64,000 nucleotides of DNA from Patescibacteria group bacterium (lineage in GTDB: Bacteria; Patescibacteriota; Microgenomatia; Levybacterales; UBA12049): NCBI GenBank assembly GCA_038064195.1, contig JBBTTO010000003.1, forward strand, positions 114,428 to 178,427, in the 5' to 3' direction. Position numbers and translations under genes: made by a program. This document shows, piece by piece, positions 41,862-49,912 of the stretch. Below the pieces are notes generated by a model, which was given only the letters and a program-made list of their open reading frames with translations, was not told the origin of the DNA and did no database searches. Position 1 is the first letter of the stretch; the number at the start of each line of letters is the position of its first letter.

Positions 41862-42020
41862 TTGGCGAAGAGCACCCTTATGAGAAATTCGAAGCACGAA
41901 TTTCGAATAGCGAAACCCCACTTCGTCCCGCTTTGGCGGGACTACGAAGGGGCAAAGCAAAATAGGTTTCGTATTTCGGATTTAGGATTTCGATATTTCC
42001 GTCGGGGTGGTCTTCGTCAA
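41862..42020 (+). repeat. array hairpin site A (loop holds a REP and heptamer runs)
   Basis: ttggcgaagagcaccc ... gggtggtcttcgtcaa. Confidence 0.6.
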
Positions 42021-42079
42021 AGACTAGAGTTTGGTCGTGTTGCAGAGAGCAACTACAGACTCTTTTGGAGACAAATTCC

Positions 42080-42481
42080 ATGCCATCCAATGCTACTGAG
42101 GCAGTTTTCGACGTAGTTGCGATCATTACCTTTGGAGGCGTGATCTGGATGATTTTCGCCACCATCAATCTCTTTTTCTTTGAGGTTATCAGGTGGTGGA
42201 CCGGTCGCGATCTCGAATGGGGCTTCATCGTCTCTCACAGGGCGGAGGAAGCCATCGAGGTGCGTGGGTTGATGCGTAACATCTTCGTTTACTCATCCGG
42301 AATCGTCGCATTCGTTTTTTTCGTTGTCTATCTCTATGTCGGACCCCGGTTCGGCAGTTGGTGGGCGACAGCGGCGTTTTTCTCGGCGTGGCTACCTTTT
42401 TTGTATTGGTATGCCAGATCCTGGCAGATCGCCAGGATAGTTCGCCGGGAGGCTCTCCAAGCCCTTTACGCTAGGGATTAG
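42080..42481 (+). CDS. cassette 1: small 3-TM membrane protein
   Basis: GGAG SD; three hydrophobic segments; 3' hairpin plus T run. Confidence 0.75.
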   Translation: MPSNATEAVFDVVAIITFGGVIWMIFATINLFFFEVIRWWTGRDLEWGFIVSHRAEEAIEVRGLMRNIFVYSSGIVAFVFFVVYLYVGPRFGSWWATAAFFSAWLPFLYWYARSWQIARIVRREALQALYARD

Positions 42482-42540
42482 CGTATCATTCTTGGGATGA
42501 GTCTCCCCGCTGTCAAAAGCGGGGAGACAAGTTCTTTTTT

Positions 42541-42591
42541 TGATGGTGAGTGAAAAGCTCCGATTAGCTCGGGATTTTTCGGTCTTCGTCA
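42541..42591 (+). repeat. array hairpin site B
   Basis: tgatggtgagtgaaaa ... ttttcggtcttcgtca. Confidence 0.65.
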
Positions 42592-42634
42592 GGCCCCCAT
42601 CCGCAATGTGTGGATGTGAGATCAGGAGGAAAAA

Positions 42635-42810
42635 ATGGATCGAAGACTTGCCCTGATAGGGCTAGTAGCCGCCATGATTGGCGGTTTTGCTGCCGCTCTC
42701 AGGTGGGGATCGGTAGCACTGGACACCCTACTGCTTGGTGGGATCTATTGCTCATCATAGCAGTAATTTTTATTGTTATATCAGTTGTCTTTGATTTCAT
42801 AGGTAAATGA
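42635..42810 (+). pseudogene. cassette 2: small 2-TM protein split by a 1-nt frameshift near 42698
   Basis: AGGAGG SD; MDRRLALIGLVAAMIGGFAAA continues in another frame as QVGIG...WWDLLLIIAVIFIVISVVFDFIGK. Confidence 0.6.
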
Positions 42811-42962
42811 CTGTCTTGGTTTTACTGCCGGAGTTTGGCCTTACGGCCAAGCTCCGGCAAGGAGTCTTAGGAAAGGTGAAAAAATGCTGACAAAATAGCA
42901 TTGTCAAGCGAAAGCTCTCTCCTTCTGATATCGTAGTTTTTATACTAAGCACTGCATATCTT

Positions 42963-43025
42963 TGATAAAAAGCAAACTATTAGCTATGAACTATTTACTC
43001 ATAGCTGGTTGTTTGGTCTTCGTCA
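42963..43025 (+). repeat. array hairpin site C
   Basis: tgataaaaagcaaactattagctatga ... tcatagctggttgtttggtcttcgtca. Confidence 0.7.
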
Positions 43026-43097
43026 GAGACTAGCCCTGTGTCGCTGGGGGTGATTTTGCCTTCAGGGTATACCGGCTTACGCACCGGGAGAAAAAAA

Positions 43098-43334
43098 GTG
43101 GTATTTATTATCCAGAATCTTTTCTCTTGGCGTCGTCCCATGTCGGACTCGGGAGCTCCGGTGGAGTCACCTGCTGAGCTCAGAGCGCAGATGCAGCACG
43201 GTTGCTGCATATTCTGTGGCGACTGCAGTGCCCCCACAGCGTGGGGATGCAGTAAGTGCTGGTCCTATGGGGCTGGGTTGAGTGGGTCGTCACAAGATGC
43301 TCCCGCTCCGTTACTGGAGCGAATGAGTGTCTGA
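43098..43334 (+). CDS. cassette 3: small Cys-rich protein (CxxC...CxxC)
   Basis: GGGAG SD 7 nt before GTG; CCIFCGDC..GCSKC. Confidence 0.6.
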   Translation: MVFIIQNLFSWRRPMSDSGAPVESPAELRAQMQHGCCIFCGDCSAPTAWGCSKCWSYGAGLSGSSQDAPAPLLERMSV

Positions 43335-43396
43335 GACGCCCAAAAATTTTTATGCTCGGGGGTTGCCGTAAGGCGACCCCCGAGCTTCTCTTTTTT

Positions 43397-43474
43397 TGAC
43401 TAGAGCAAGAAGAATAATCGATTCTGGACGCACTGCGTTTGCCAGAATGACGATGGTTTTTATTGGTCTAGTCA
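43397..43474 (+). repeat. array hairpin site D
   Basis: tgactagagcaa ... ttggtctagtca. Confidence 0.75.
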
Positions 43475-43513
43475 ACCTATCCGCAATGTGCGGATGTAGA
43501 TCAGGAGGAAAAA

Positions 43514-43777
43514 ATGAGTAAATCTAGAATGGGTGTCCTCCTCATTTTTGGGGATGGTCACTTGAGCGGTTCTCAGCTTCGTGAGGTCCTCACGGATGGA
43601 CCGATCGTAATCGAGCATCTGAAAGTCTCATCGACTACTGATGAGCGGATCGCGAAGATCCCTGAGGGATTTAGCCTCAGGGCAGTCGCAATTCGTTCTG
43701 ATGTCGGCTCTGGAGCACTGGAGGAAGCTCAACGATTTGCTGAAAATCAAGGAGGAATTTTTTTGATTATCTCCTGA
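43514..43777 (+). CDS. cassette 4: small alpha/beta hypothetical protein
   Basis: AGGAGG SD; 87 aa; 3' hairpin. Confidence 0.75.
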   Translation: MSKSRMGVLLIFGDGHLSGSQLREVLTDGPIVIEHLKVSSTTDERIAKIPEGFSLRAVAIRSDVGSGALEEAQRFAENQGGIFLIIS

Positions 43778-43841
43778 TTACATGTACTGGGCGAGTTGCT
43801 CCGCCTCGGGTTTCAAACCCCGGGGCGGGCACCGTCTTTTT

Positions 43842-43887
43842 TGACTAAAGCAAAAAGTTTCACAACAGAAATTTATTGGTCTAGTCA
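43842..43887 (+). repeat. array hairpin site E
   Basis: tgactaaagcaaaaagtttc ... gaaatttattggtctagtca. Confidence 0.75.
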
Positions 43888-43951
43888 ACCCGGTCGCCAG
43901 TTGGCGACTGTTACTGATCATTTTTCGTTATCCCTCAGAAAGGGGAAATCG

Positions 43952-44485
43952 ATGCAACTGTTGTCTCGTCGTTCCAAAGTCGAAGCACTTTCGCCGGCGG
44001 ATCAGCAGGAGGCCTCAGCCGCGGCTCTCCAGATCAACTGCGACGCCGATGCCGCGCGCTTGATCCAGATTTACCAGTTCAGCTGGCGTCATCTTGAGCT
44101 TTGGGTCGCTGAGAGGCGATCCACCAACATCGGTTTCGACTTCCGTCGCAATGGTGGCATGGAGCGCCTGAATAAGGCAATTCGCGTCATTAAGGAAGTC
44201 GACGTCGAGTACGTCCTCTACAACGAGCCGAAGCGGCACTACAAGGACGACTACCAACGATGGTTGGTCGTTATGATGCTGGCCAAGGCGGCCGGCGTCG
44301 AAGAAGTGTCCAACTTTGAGGATGGCATCCTCCACGAACAGTTCATCGGGCAGGGGACGATATCCCTTTGCCACAGCAAGAACTGCGCGTGGATCACCGT
44401 GACCGGCGCGGGCTACAACCCCGATCCAGACACCAATCCTCTCTACCGGAAAACGATCATCTACACGAGGCGCACCGACATCTAG
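43952..44485 (+). CDS. cassette 5: hypothetical protein (177 aa)
   Basis: AAGGGG SD; strong bias to C/G-ending codons. Confidence 0.8.
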   Translation: MQLLSRRSKVEALSPADQQEASAAALQINCDADAARLIQIYQFSWRHLELWVAERRSTNIGFDFRRNGGMERLNKAIRVIKEVDVEYVLYNEPKRHYKDDYQRWLVVMMLAKAAGVEEVSNFEDGILHEQFIGQGTISLCHSKNCAWITVTGAGYNPDPDTNPLYRKTIIYTRRTDI

Positions 44486-44585
44486 GAGCGCCTCGACATT
44501 CTTGGGCGAGTTGTCCCGCTTCGTCGGCCTTCGGGCTTACGGGGCGGGCACCGTCTTTTATTTCTGATCCCGATTTAATCGGGAC

Positions 44586-44636
44586 TGACAGTGAGCGAAA
44601 AGTTTCGTTAATTCGAAATTTCTCGTTCCTTAGTCA
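44586..44636 (+). repeat. array hairpin site F
   Basis: tgacagtgagcgaaaagtttcg ... cgaaatttctcgttccttagtca. Confidence 0.65.
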
Positions 44637-44682
44637 GGAGCCGGCGACCGATTGGTTGCTGTCATCATATGGAGGAAATGCA

Positions 44683-44976
44683 ATGAAATTGACAAGGAAG
44701 TCTGTCCTCGATCAGGTCTTCGACTTGGTGGAGGAGCAACTGCGGACCAACCGCAGAAGCAACTCACGGGACGAAACCCAGATTTACGTGGGTGGTATGA
44801 CCTATCGCCCCGAGGTCCGAGAGGAGGATGGCAAGTATGTCGTGAAGATCACGATGTCCTGTGCTCGCTGTCCTGACAGAGTGTCCGAGCTTCGCTTCAA
44901 CACCTGGTTGGGATGGATTCCTCTCTGGAAGTCCATCCAGATCCAAAGTTTCATTAATGAGCATTCTCCCCGATGA
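44683..44976 (+). CDS. cassette 6: hypothetical protein (97 aa, CxxC)
   Basis: GGAGG SD; 3' GC hairpin at 44990-45030. Confidence 0.75.
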   Translation: MKLTRKSVLDQVFDLVEEQLRTNRRSNSRDETQIYVGGMTYRPEVREEDGKYVVKITMSCARCPDRVSELRFNTWLGWIPLWKSIQIQSFINEHSPR

Positions 44977-45279
44977 TCGTCTTGGGAGCGTCTCGCCCGC
45001 CTCCGCCACGTGGTGGGGGCGGGCGGACAAACCCCTATCTTTGAAAATTATTTTTAGGCCCGACTTTGTTAAAACAACGACGGGCAAGCTCCACGCCGCA
45101 CGACGTGCTATGAGGAGCAAAGCAGAAAGCTGTTTGTAACCCCCGCTTAGCGGGGTGACCCATGTTTGATAGTTAGCTTTAGCAACGGAAGACAGGCCTT
45201 CGCTAAAGCTACAGCCTGCAATGCAGGCTAATCCTACACGGATCATTACAAGCAGCTTTCTGCTTTTTTTGTGGGTTTT

Positions 45280-45726
45280 TTAGGAAGCTTCACCTTCAGG
45301 AGTCGGTGGAGTAGGTTCGCGATTGAGCGCTTGAGTAGCTGGATTGAGGTTAACTGCAGCATCCGGTCGGCCTGCGTGTTCGGCATGGGCACGTGCCATA
45401 GCGTCAACAACTACCTGAGACGCATCAGGTGTAGGAGGAGTCGGAGGTATCTTTTCAAGAGTTTTTGTTTCAGGATTGATCCGCCAGCCACCCTGAGCGA
45501 GTCGTCCTTCAATATTACTTACTCGAGAAGTAGTATCGAGGGAACGATCACCTAGGCTAGATATAGCTTGGGTCTGGAGAAGTTGTTTTCGCTCGCTTAC
45601 GAGCGTTTGAGCCTCTTCACGACTTAATAGAGGGGAGGAAGAGGGGGATTCTGGTTGAGGATTTTGTTCTGATTTGCCACCGAAGAGACGCTTGAAGAAC
45701 CCGCCTTCACCACCACTTTCACTCAT
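45280..45726 (-). CDS. hypothetical protein with N-terminal GFFKRLFGG motif
   Basis: ORF with Pro-rich linkers. Confidence 0.7.
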   Translation of the reverse strand: MSESGGEGGFFKRLFGGKSEQNPQPESPSSSPLLSREEAQTLVSERKQLLQTQAISSLGDRSLDTTSRVSNIEGRLAQGGWRINPETKTLEKIPPTPPTPDASQVVVDAMARAHAEHAGRPDAAVNLNPATQALNREPTPPTPEGEAS

Positions 45727-45834
45727 ATGTCAATCATAAAAAGAAAAGCCTGGATTGTCAAACAACAAGATCAGAATGAGAATGGCGGAGCCTGTAGCTT
45801 GACTTTTTTTACGATTTCGGGAATGATAGGGGGT

Positions 45835-46914
45835 ATGAATGATAATATGAACACACAAGCAAGCCCCATTCCTTCGATATTGAGCTCACTTCCTGATGCG
45901 CGTATCGCGTATCAAAGCGCTCAAGACGAAATAGCCAAAGCACAAGGTCTGCCTGAGCGGGATGTCAGGCGAGTGCAGGAAAAAGCTTTTCGCCAGATTA
46001 TCGCCACAAATAGTCCTGAGGTCTGTGATGCTATTGCCAGTGAGGATCAGACGTTCAGACGTCTTTGGTACAAAATACAAGTTGAGGAATTGAGAAAAGA
46101 CACGACGTTGAGCAAATATGCTCTTCTGCAAAAGCAACTTGAGATTTATCAAACTCTCCAAAATAAAGCCCTTGCCGCTCAATCAATTGATGCTTCCTGG
46201 TTGCCGCGAAGTATTCGCGAAGAACGACGACGGTCCTATCTTCATTTTATCAAGGACATGAGTAAAGCAGGTAAGTATGATCAGCTCGTCAGCCTTGCCG
46301 GCAAGAATGATCTTTATTTGCAAAAATTACTTGATGAGCTTGAAGGGCGAAAGGTTCGCTCAGACAAGTTACGCGTAGTTCCAGCTCCTCAGTCTGAAGT
46401 TGAGGAAGCAGCTCCACAATCCGAAGCGCTTCATGAGTCGCCTGTCTCAGTTAATGAAGGAGTGCAAGAAGTAACGTCTGTCGAAAAACCTTCACAGCCT
46501 TATCGTTCCGCCACATACGGGCAAGAGAGGGAGGATTTATGGGAAAAACGTTTTGGTCAGCGTATCTCAGCGCCAAGACAGGAGAACTTGTCTGACGCAT
46601 CAGGTGGGAGGACCCAGCGATGGACGAGAAATCTGGGAGTGAGTGTCATGATAGAAGTTGCTCAGATAAAGCCGATGGTTGAGTCTGCCACTGATACAGT
46701 TCCAACTGAATCCGCAACCATGGTTCAGGTTCCGCAGACGTTAGAGCCCGTTACTCCTGATGTCCATGCAGAGCAAATGACCGGCCAAAATCAAGCGCCT
46801 GCCGAGTCGATGACAACCGTAGAAAATGAGCATGCTGACATTTCAGATGAGAAAAATGAGAGTGTCGATACTAAAAGTAGAGGCTTTTTCAGTAGACTTT
46901 TTGGCAGAGGTTAG
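45835..46914 (+). CDS. hypothetical protein with C-terminal GFFSRLFG motif
   Basis: long ORF; promoter TTGACT-N17-AATGAT directly before the ATG. Confidence 0.75.
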   Translation: MNDNMNTQASPIPSILSSLPDARIAYQSAQDEIAKAQGLPERDVRRVQEKAFRQIIATNSPEVCDAIASEDQTFRRLWYKIQVEELRKDTTLSKYALLQKQLEIYQTLQNKALAAQSIDASWLPRSIREERRRSYLHFIKDMSKAGKYDQLVSLAGKNDLYLQKLLDELEGRKVRSDKLRVVPAPQSEVEEAAPQSEALHESPVSVNEGVQEVTSVEKPSQPYRSATYGQEREDLWEKRFGQRISAPRQENLSDASGGRTQRWTRNLGVSVMIEVAQIKPMVESATDTVPTESATMVQVPQTLEPVTPDVHAEQMTGQNQAPAESMTTVENEHADISDEKNESVDTKSRGFFSRLFGRG

Positions 46915-46920
46915 ACTACT

Positions 46921-47241
46921 ATGCAAGACCCGATTAACGAGTTGATTACTTTTCTTCAGCAGAAGGGACTCACACAAGAGGAGATCGCAACAGAGTGTGA
47001 GAATTTGACGTGGCAGGCCTCAGACAAGTTCCATGAAGAACTTATGTCTATCCTTATCCCTGAAGACAAGCAGGCAATTGACGCGATTGGAGACGATCTG
47101 GAGGCAGAAGCTGAGATGAAAAGGCGCTATGTAGCTAGAACGGCTAAAGATCCTCAGGATGTGATGCGTGATATCCTCACGCAGCAAGCTAAGCAGGTTA
47201 TGCGTGAATACGACACATCGTCCTCAATGACCGCGCAATAA
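46921..47241 (+). CDS. hypothetical helical protein
   Basis: 106-aa ORF, 6 nt after the previous stop. Confidence 0.7.
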   Translation: MQDPINELITFLQQKGLTQEEIATECENLTWQASDKFHEELMSILIPEDKQAIDAIGDDLEAEAEMKRRYVARTAKDPQDVMRDILTQQAKQVMREYDTSSSMTAQ

Positions 47242-47946
47242 GGTATTAGTGCGTTCCCCTTTTAAAAACGACATATAGATATCAAATTTGAGCAGATTTA
47301 TTAATTCACTAAGCAGGTGGTGGTGGCGGGTGTTGATAATTCCGTTCACCGGTATCCCATGCTCCTTAAAGGCAGCCACGAGTCGCTCCTGCTGTGTAAA
47401 AGGAATACGTTCGTCACGCATAGCAAGGTAGACAAGAACTCTTTTAACCTTAATCTGACTGAGATTATTGACAGGTGAGATCGGAGCCCAGAGCTTCTTG
47501 AGGGATGAAAGTGAAAATTTCTTTTTACGCAGGCTTTTTTTTAGTTCAGGTACAGTTTTGCTCCATGTCCAGACTATCTCTGCCAGATCGGCTCCACTGA
47601 GATTGAGCACGATGCTTTCCAGGCGGGGAACTGCGTTGGCCACCATCAGCGCCACTCCTGTGCCTTGACTCAGAGCAAAAAGTGACAGATGCTGTTGCTG
47701 CCTCTTAGGAAGCTGGCTTATAATTTCCAAACATTTATTTTTCACTGACATAAAATGTTGTACGGTTAACCCGGGATCGGTGGTCAACAATGTTTTGTCC
47801 CAGGTGAGGATGATGGCCTTAAAGCCATAGGAGGTGAAGAGTTGGCCAAGGAGCCAGAGATGCCATTGACGGACACCCCAGCCGGCAAAGACTATGACGA
47901 CTTTGCTATTTTTTTGACCGTAGATTTTATATGAGGAGGTGAACAT
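47224..47946 (-). CDS. alpha/beta hydrolase-fold protein
   Basis: VFAGWG, ALSQG nucleophile elbow, DERIP, HH. Confidence 0.75.
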   Translation of the reverse strand: MFTSSYKIYGQKNSKVVIVFAGWGVRQWHLWLLGQLFTSYGFKAIILTWDKTLLTTDPGLTVQHFMSVKNKCLEIISQLPKRQQQHLSLFALSQGTGVALMVANAVPRLESIVLNLSGADLAEIVWTWSKTVPELKKSLRKKKFSLSSLKKLWAPISPVNNLSQIKVKRVLVYLAMRDERIPFTQQERLVAAFKEHGIPVNGIINTRHHHLLSELINLLKFDIYMSFLKGERTNTLLRGH

Positions 47947-48005
47947 TTATGAATAATATACGAAAGATAGTGAATAGTAAATGGTTTGAAGAGGGATAGA
48001 ATTAC

Positions 48006-48058
48006 TGGTCAGTGGTCAGTGGTCAGTGGTCAGTGGTCAGTGGTCAGTGGTCAGTGGT
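48006..48058. repeat. perfect heptamer tandem repeat (TGGTCAG)x7.5
   Basis: read directly from the sequence. Confidence 0.95.
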
Positions 48059-48782
48059 TGAATTGGAATGCAAGCTACAGGTGAGTGTATAAATACGTTT
48101 CATGGGTAGTGACAAATCTGTCACTCATTTCAAGCCGCTTTTGGCTTGATGGAGATGATAGACGTGGCACATATGCCATGTCCGGTCAGAAAGAGGGGGC
48201 TTCGGCAAGAGCGAAACGCAATCCACCGCAAGCGTCCCCACGCTATCATAGCGGTAATTCCGTATCACTCTCACCGAAGCAAAGGGGAGGCGCCCGTCGG
48301 CGCCTTTTTAGCCTTTGGTAAGGCGAGGTGTGTCACTGTGGGGAACACGCTCATGGGGAAGTTTTATTACCTCCTTTCTCGCGGGTTACTCCCGTTGACA
48401 TCCCTCATATCAGGGGGAGTTGTGACCCCCGCCTGGGCCACAACCCCCTGGAGGAGGTGTGTTCGGCAGGGTGCAACTACCGAACTGTCAGTATCGTCTC
48501 ATTGGGTGCGGAGATCGGTACTCACAGTCCGGTAGTTATTGATAAAATTACCGTTAAATCTAACAGGACTCAGCCTGTAGCTTGTCAAAGATCATTTTCT
48601 CCTAGATTAGGAGGACCACGTTTGACGTGGTCAAAGGACTAGATAGTTAGATAGCACGGTGATCCACGCAAATTGTGAATTATAGTGCTGTCACCTATTT
48701 ACCCTATCTTGATTGAATAGTCAAGAGAGAGCTTACTCATATTTTCATTGACAGGGAAAAGTTTTCCCAGCACAATAAGAGT

Positions 48783-49355
48783 ATGTTTATTATCCGTAAA
48801 ATCTACTATTTCTTACTTGACACCATTCAGACAATTCTGATTGTCGCATCAGTCCTCATGATTCTCTATGCCTTCGTCATCCAACCAAATGAGGTCAGTG
48901 GACTGTCCATGTACCCGACATTTAAGGATCATGATTATCTCCTGAGTTATCTTCTGGATGTCAAATTTGATAAATACAAAAAAGGCGATGTGGTGGTCTT
49001 TCATTCGCCTGTCGAACTTGACAAGTTATATATTAAGCGGGTCATTGCAACGCCCGGTGATACGATCATGGTGCAAAACGGCAAGGTTTTTCTCAATGGT
49101 TCACAACTTGATGAGAGTTTGTATCTGAGTCCGGATGTAGAGACGCATGGCGGAGCCTTCTTGCAAGAGGGTCTTCCCAAGACAATACCTACGGGGACAA
49201 TAGTTGTGATGGGAGATAACAGACCGAACAGTTCAGATAGTCGGGAGTGGGGATTTCTGGACAAATCACGCGTAGTCGGGCGCTCAGTGGTGCGCTTTTT
49301 CCCCTTTAATACTTTCCACCTTATCCACAATCCGTACACGGAGCACAAGCTTTGA
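48783..49355 (+). CDS. lepB: signal peptidase I
   Basis: VSGLSMYPT, YIKRVIA, GDNRPNSSDSR. Confidence 0.96.
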   Translation: MFIIRKIYYFLLDTIQTILIVASVLMILYAFVIQPNEVSGLSMYPTFKDHDYLLSYLLDVKFDKYKKGDVVVFHSPVELDKLYIKRVIATPGDTIMVQNGKVFLNGSQLDESLYLSPDVETHGGAFLQEGLPKTIPTGTIVVMGDNRPNSSDSREWGFLDKSRVVGRSVVRFFPFNTFHLIHNPYTEHKL

Positions 49356-49430
49356 ATCTTTTGGTCGGCCTGCCCATACAAATCACCCTGGGGTGAGTAT
49401 GGGACAGGCCTTTCTTCCTCCTGACTGGAA

Positions 49431-49757
49431 TTAGTCTGCTGCATCGCTGAGCTCCTGAGGATTTCTCCCATAGGAAGCCTTGACAATTGCTTTAACTAAA
49501 CGTCCGAAGCGGTTATTGAGCGTGGTGTCGAGGTTAACGACTCCCCATCCATTTCGCCAACTCTTTTGTTCATAGGCAACATATGGTTGTGCTGCCTCCA
49601 AAACGTCCCGATCAGTGATGATCTGCTGCCAGTTGATCTGCCCAACTTTTCTCGAATTGGGGAGAGAGGCGATGCAGACCGCGATGACTATGTTGTTGAC
49701 TGTATACGGATCGTAAACAATCCGTATCATGACACCTTCATCATTTTCCATGAGCAT
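49431..49757 (-). CDS. hypothetical protein
   Basis: GGAG SD; 108-aa ORF. Confidence 0.5.
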   Translation of the reverse strand: MLMENDEGVMIRIVYDPYTVNNIVIAVCIASLPNSRKVGQINWQQIITDRDVLEAAQPYVAYEQKSWRNGWGVVNLDTTLNNRFGRLVKAIVKASYGRNPQELSDAAD

Positions 49758-49912
49758 TCTCCGGGTTGAGTTCTCAATAGACGACGTTCGGTTCAGTTGA
49801 AAGGAACTTGGTTACTTAATAAAAAAGTGCCTGTCAGCCAAATCGACAGCTCTTCTTTACAAAGTAGATTGGATTGTAACTAAAGCACATTCGTAAAGCA
49901 ATACGCTTCAGT

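Noticed and set aside
41691-42238. ORFs 41691-41960, 41850-42116, 41878-42228 and 42053-42238
   Set aside because: They are translations of palindromes and heptamer repeats, or antisense shadows.
42012-43032. GTCAGAGACTAG resembling the group I intron R element
   Set aside because: No P3/P4/P8 context or properly placed S element.
41862-44636. Classical integron or CRISPR array
   Set aside because: No RYYYAAC/GTTRRRY cores, intI or cas genes; the repeats are too divergent and the spacers are whole genes.
42541-44636. Array sites as sigma70 or ECF promoters (TTGACT; CGTCA as -10)
   Set aside because: No -10 at 17 bp from TTGACT on either strand and no conserved -35 upstream of GTCA; an unusual promoter type is not fully excluded.
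40913-45089. 32-bp near-direct repeat (40913-40944 and 45058-45089) bracketing the ncRNA and array, as attL/attR
   Set aside because: It belongs to a dispersed REP-like family with relatives near 17620 and 31107; no displaced cysS 3' end follows the second copy, and there is no integrase.
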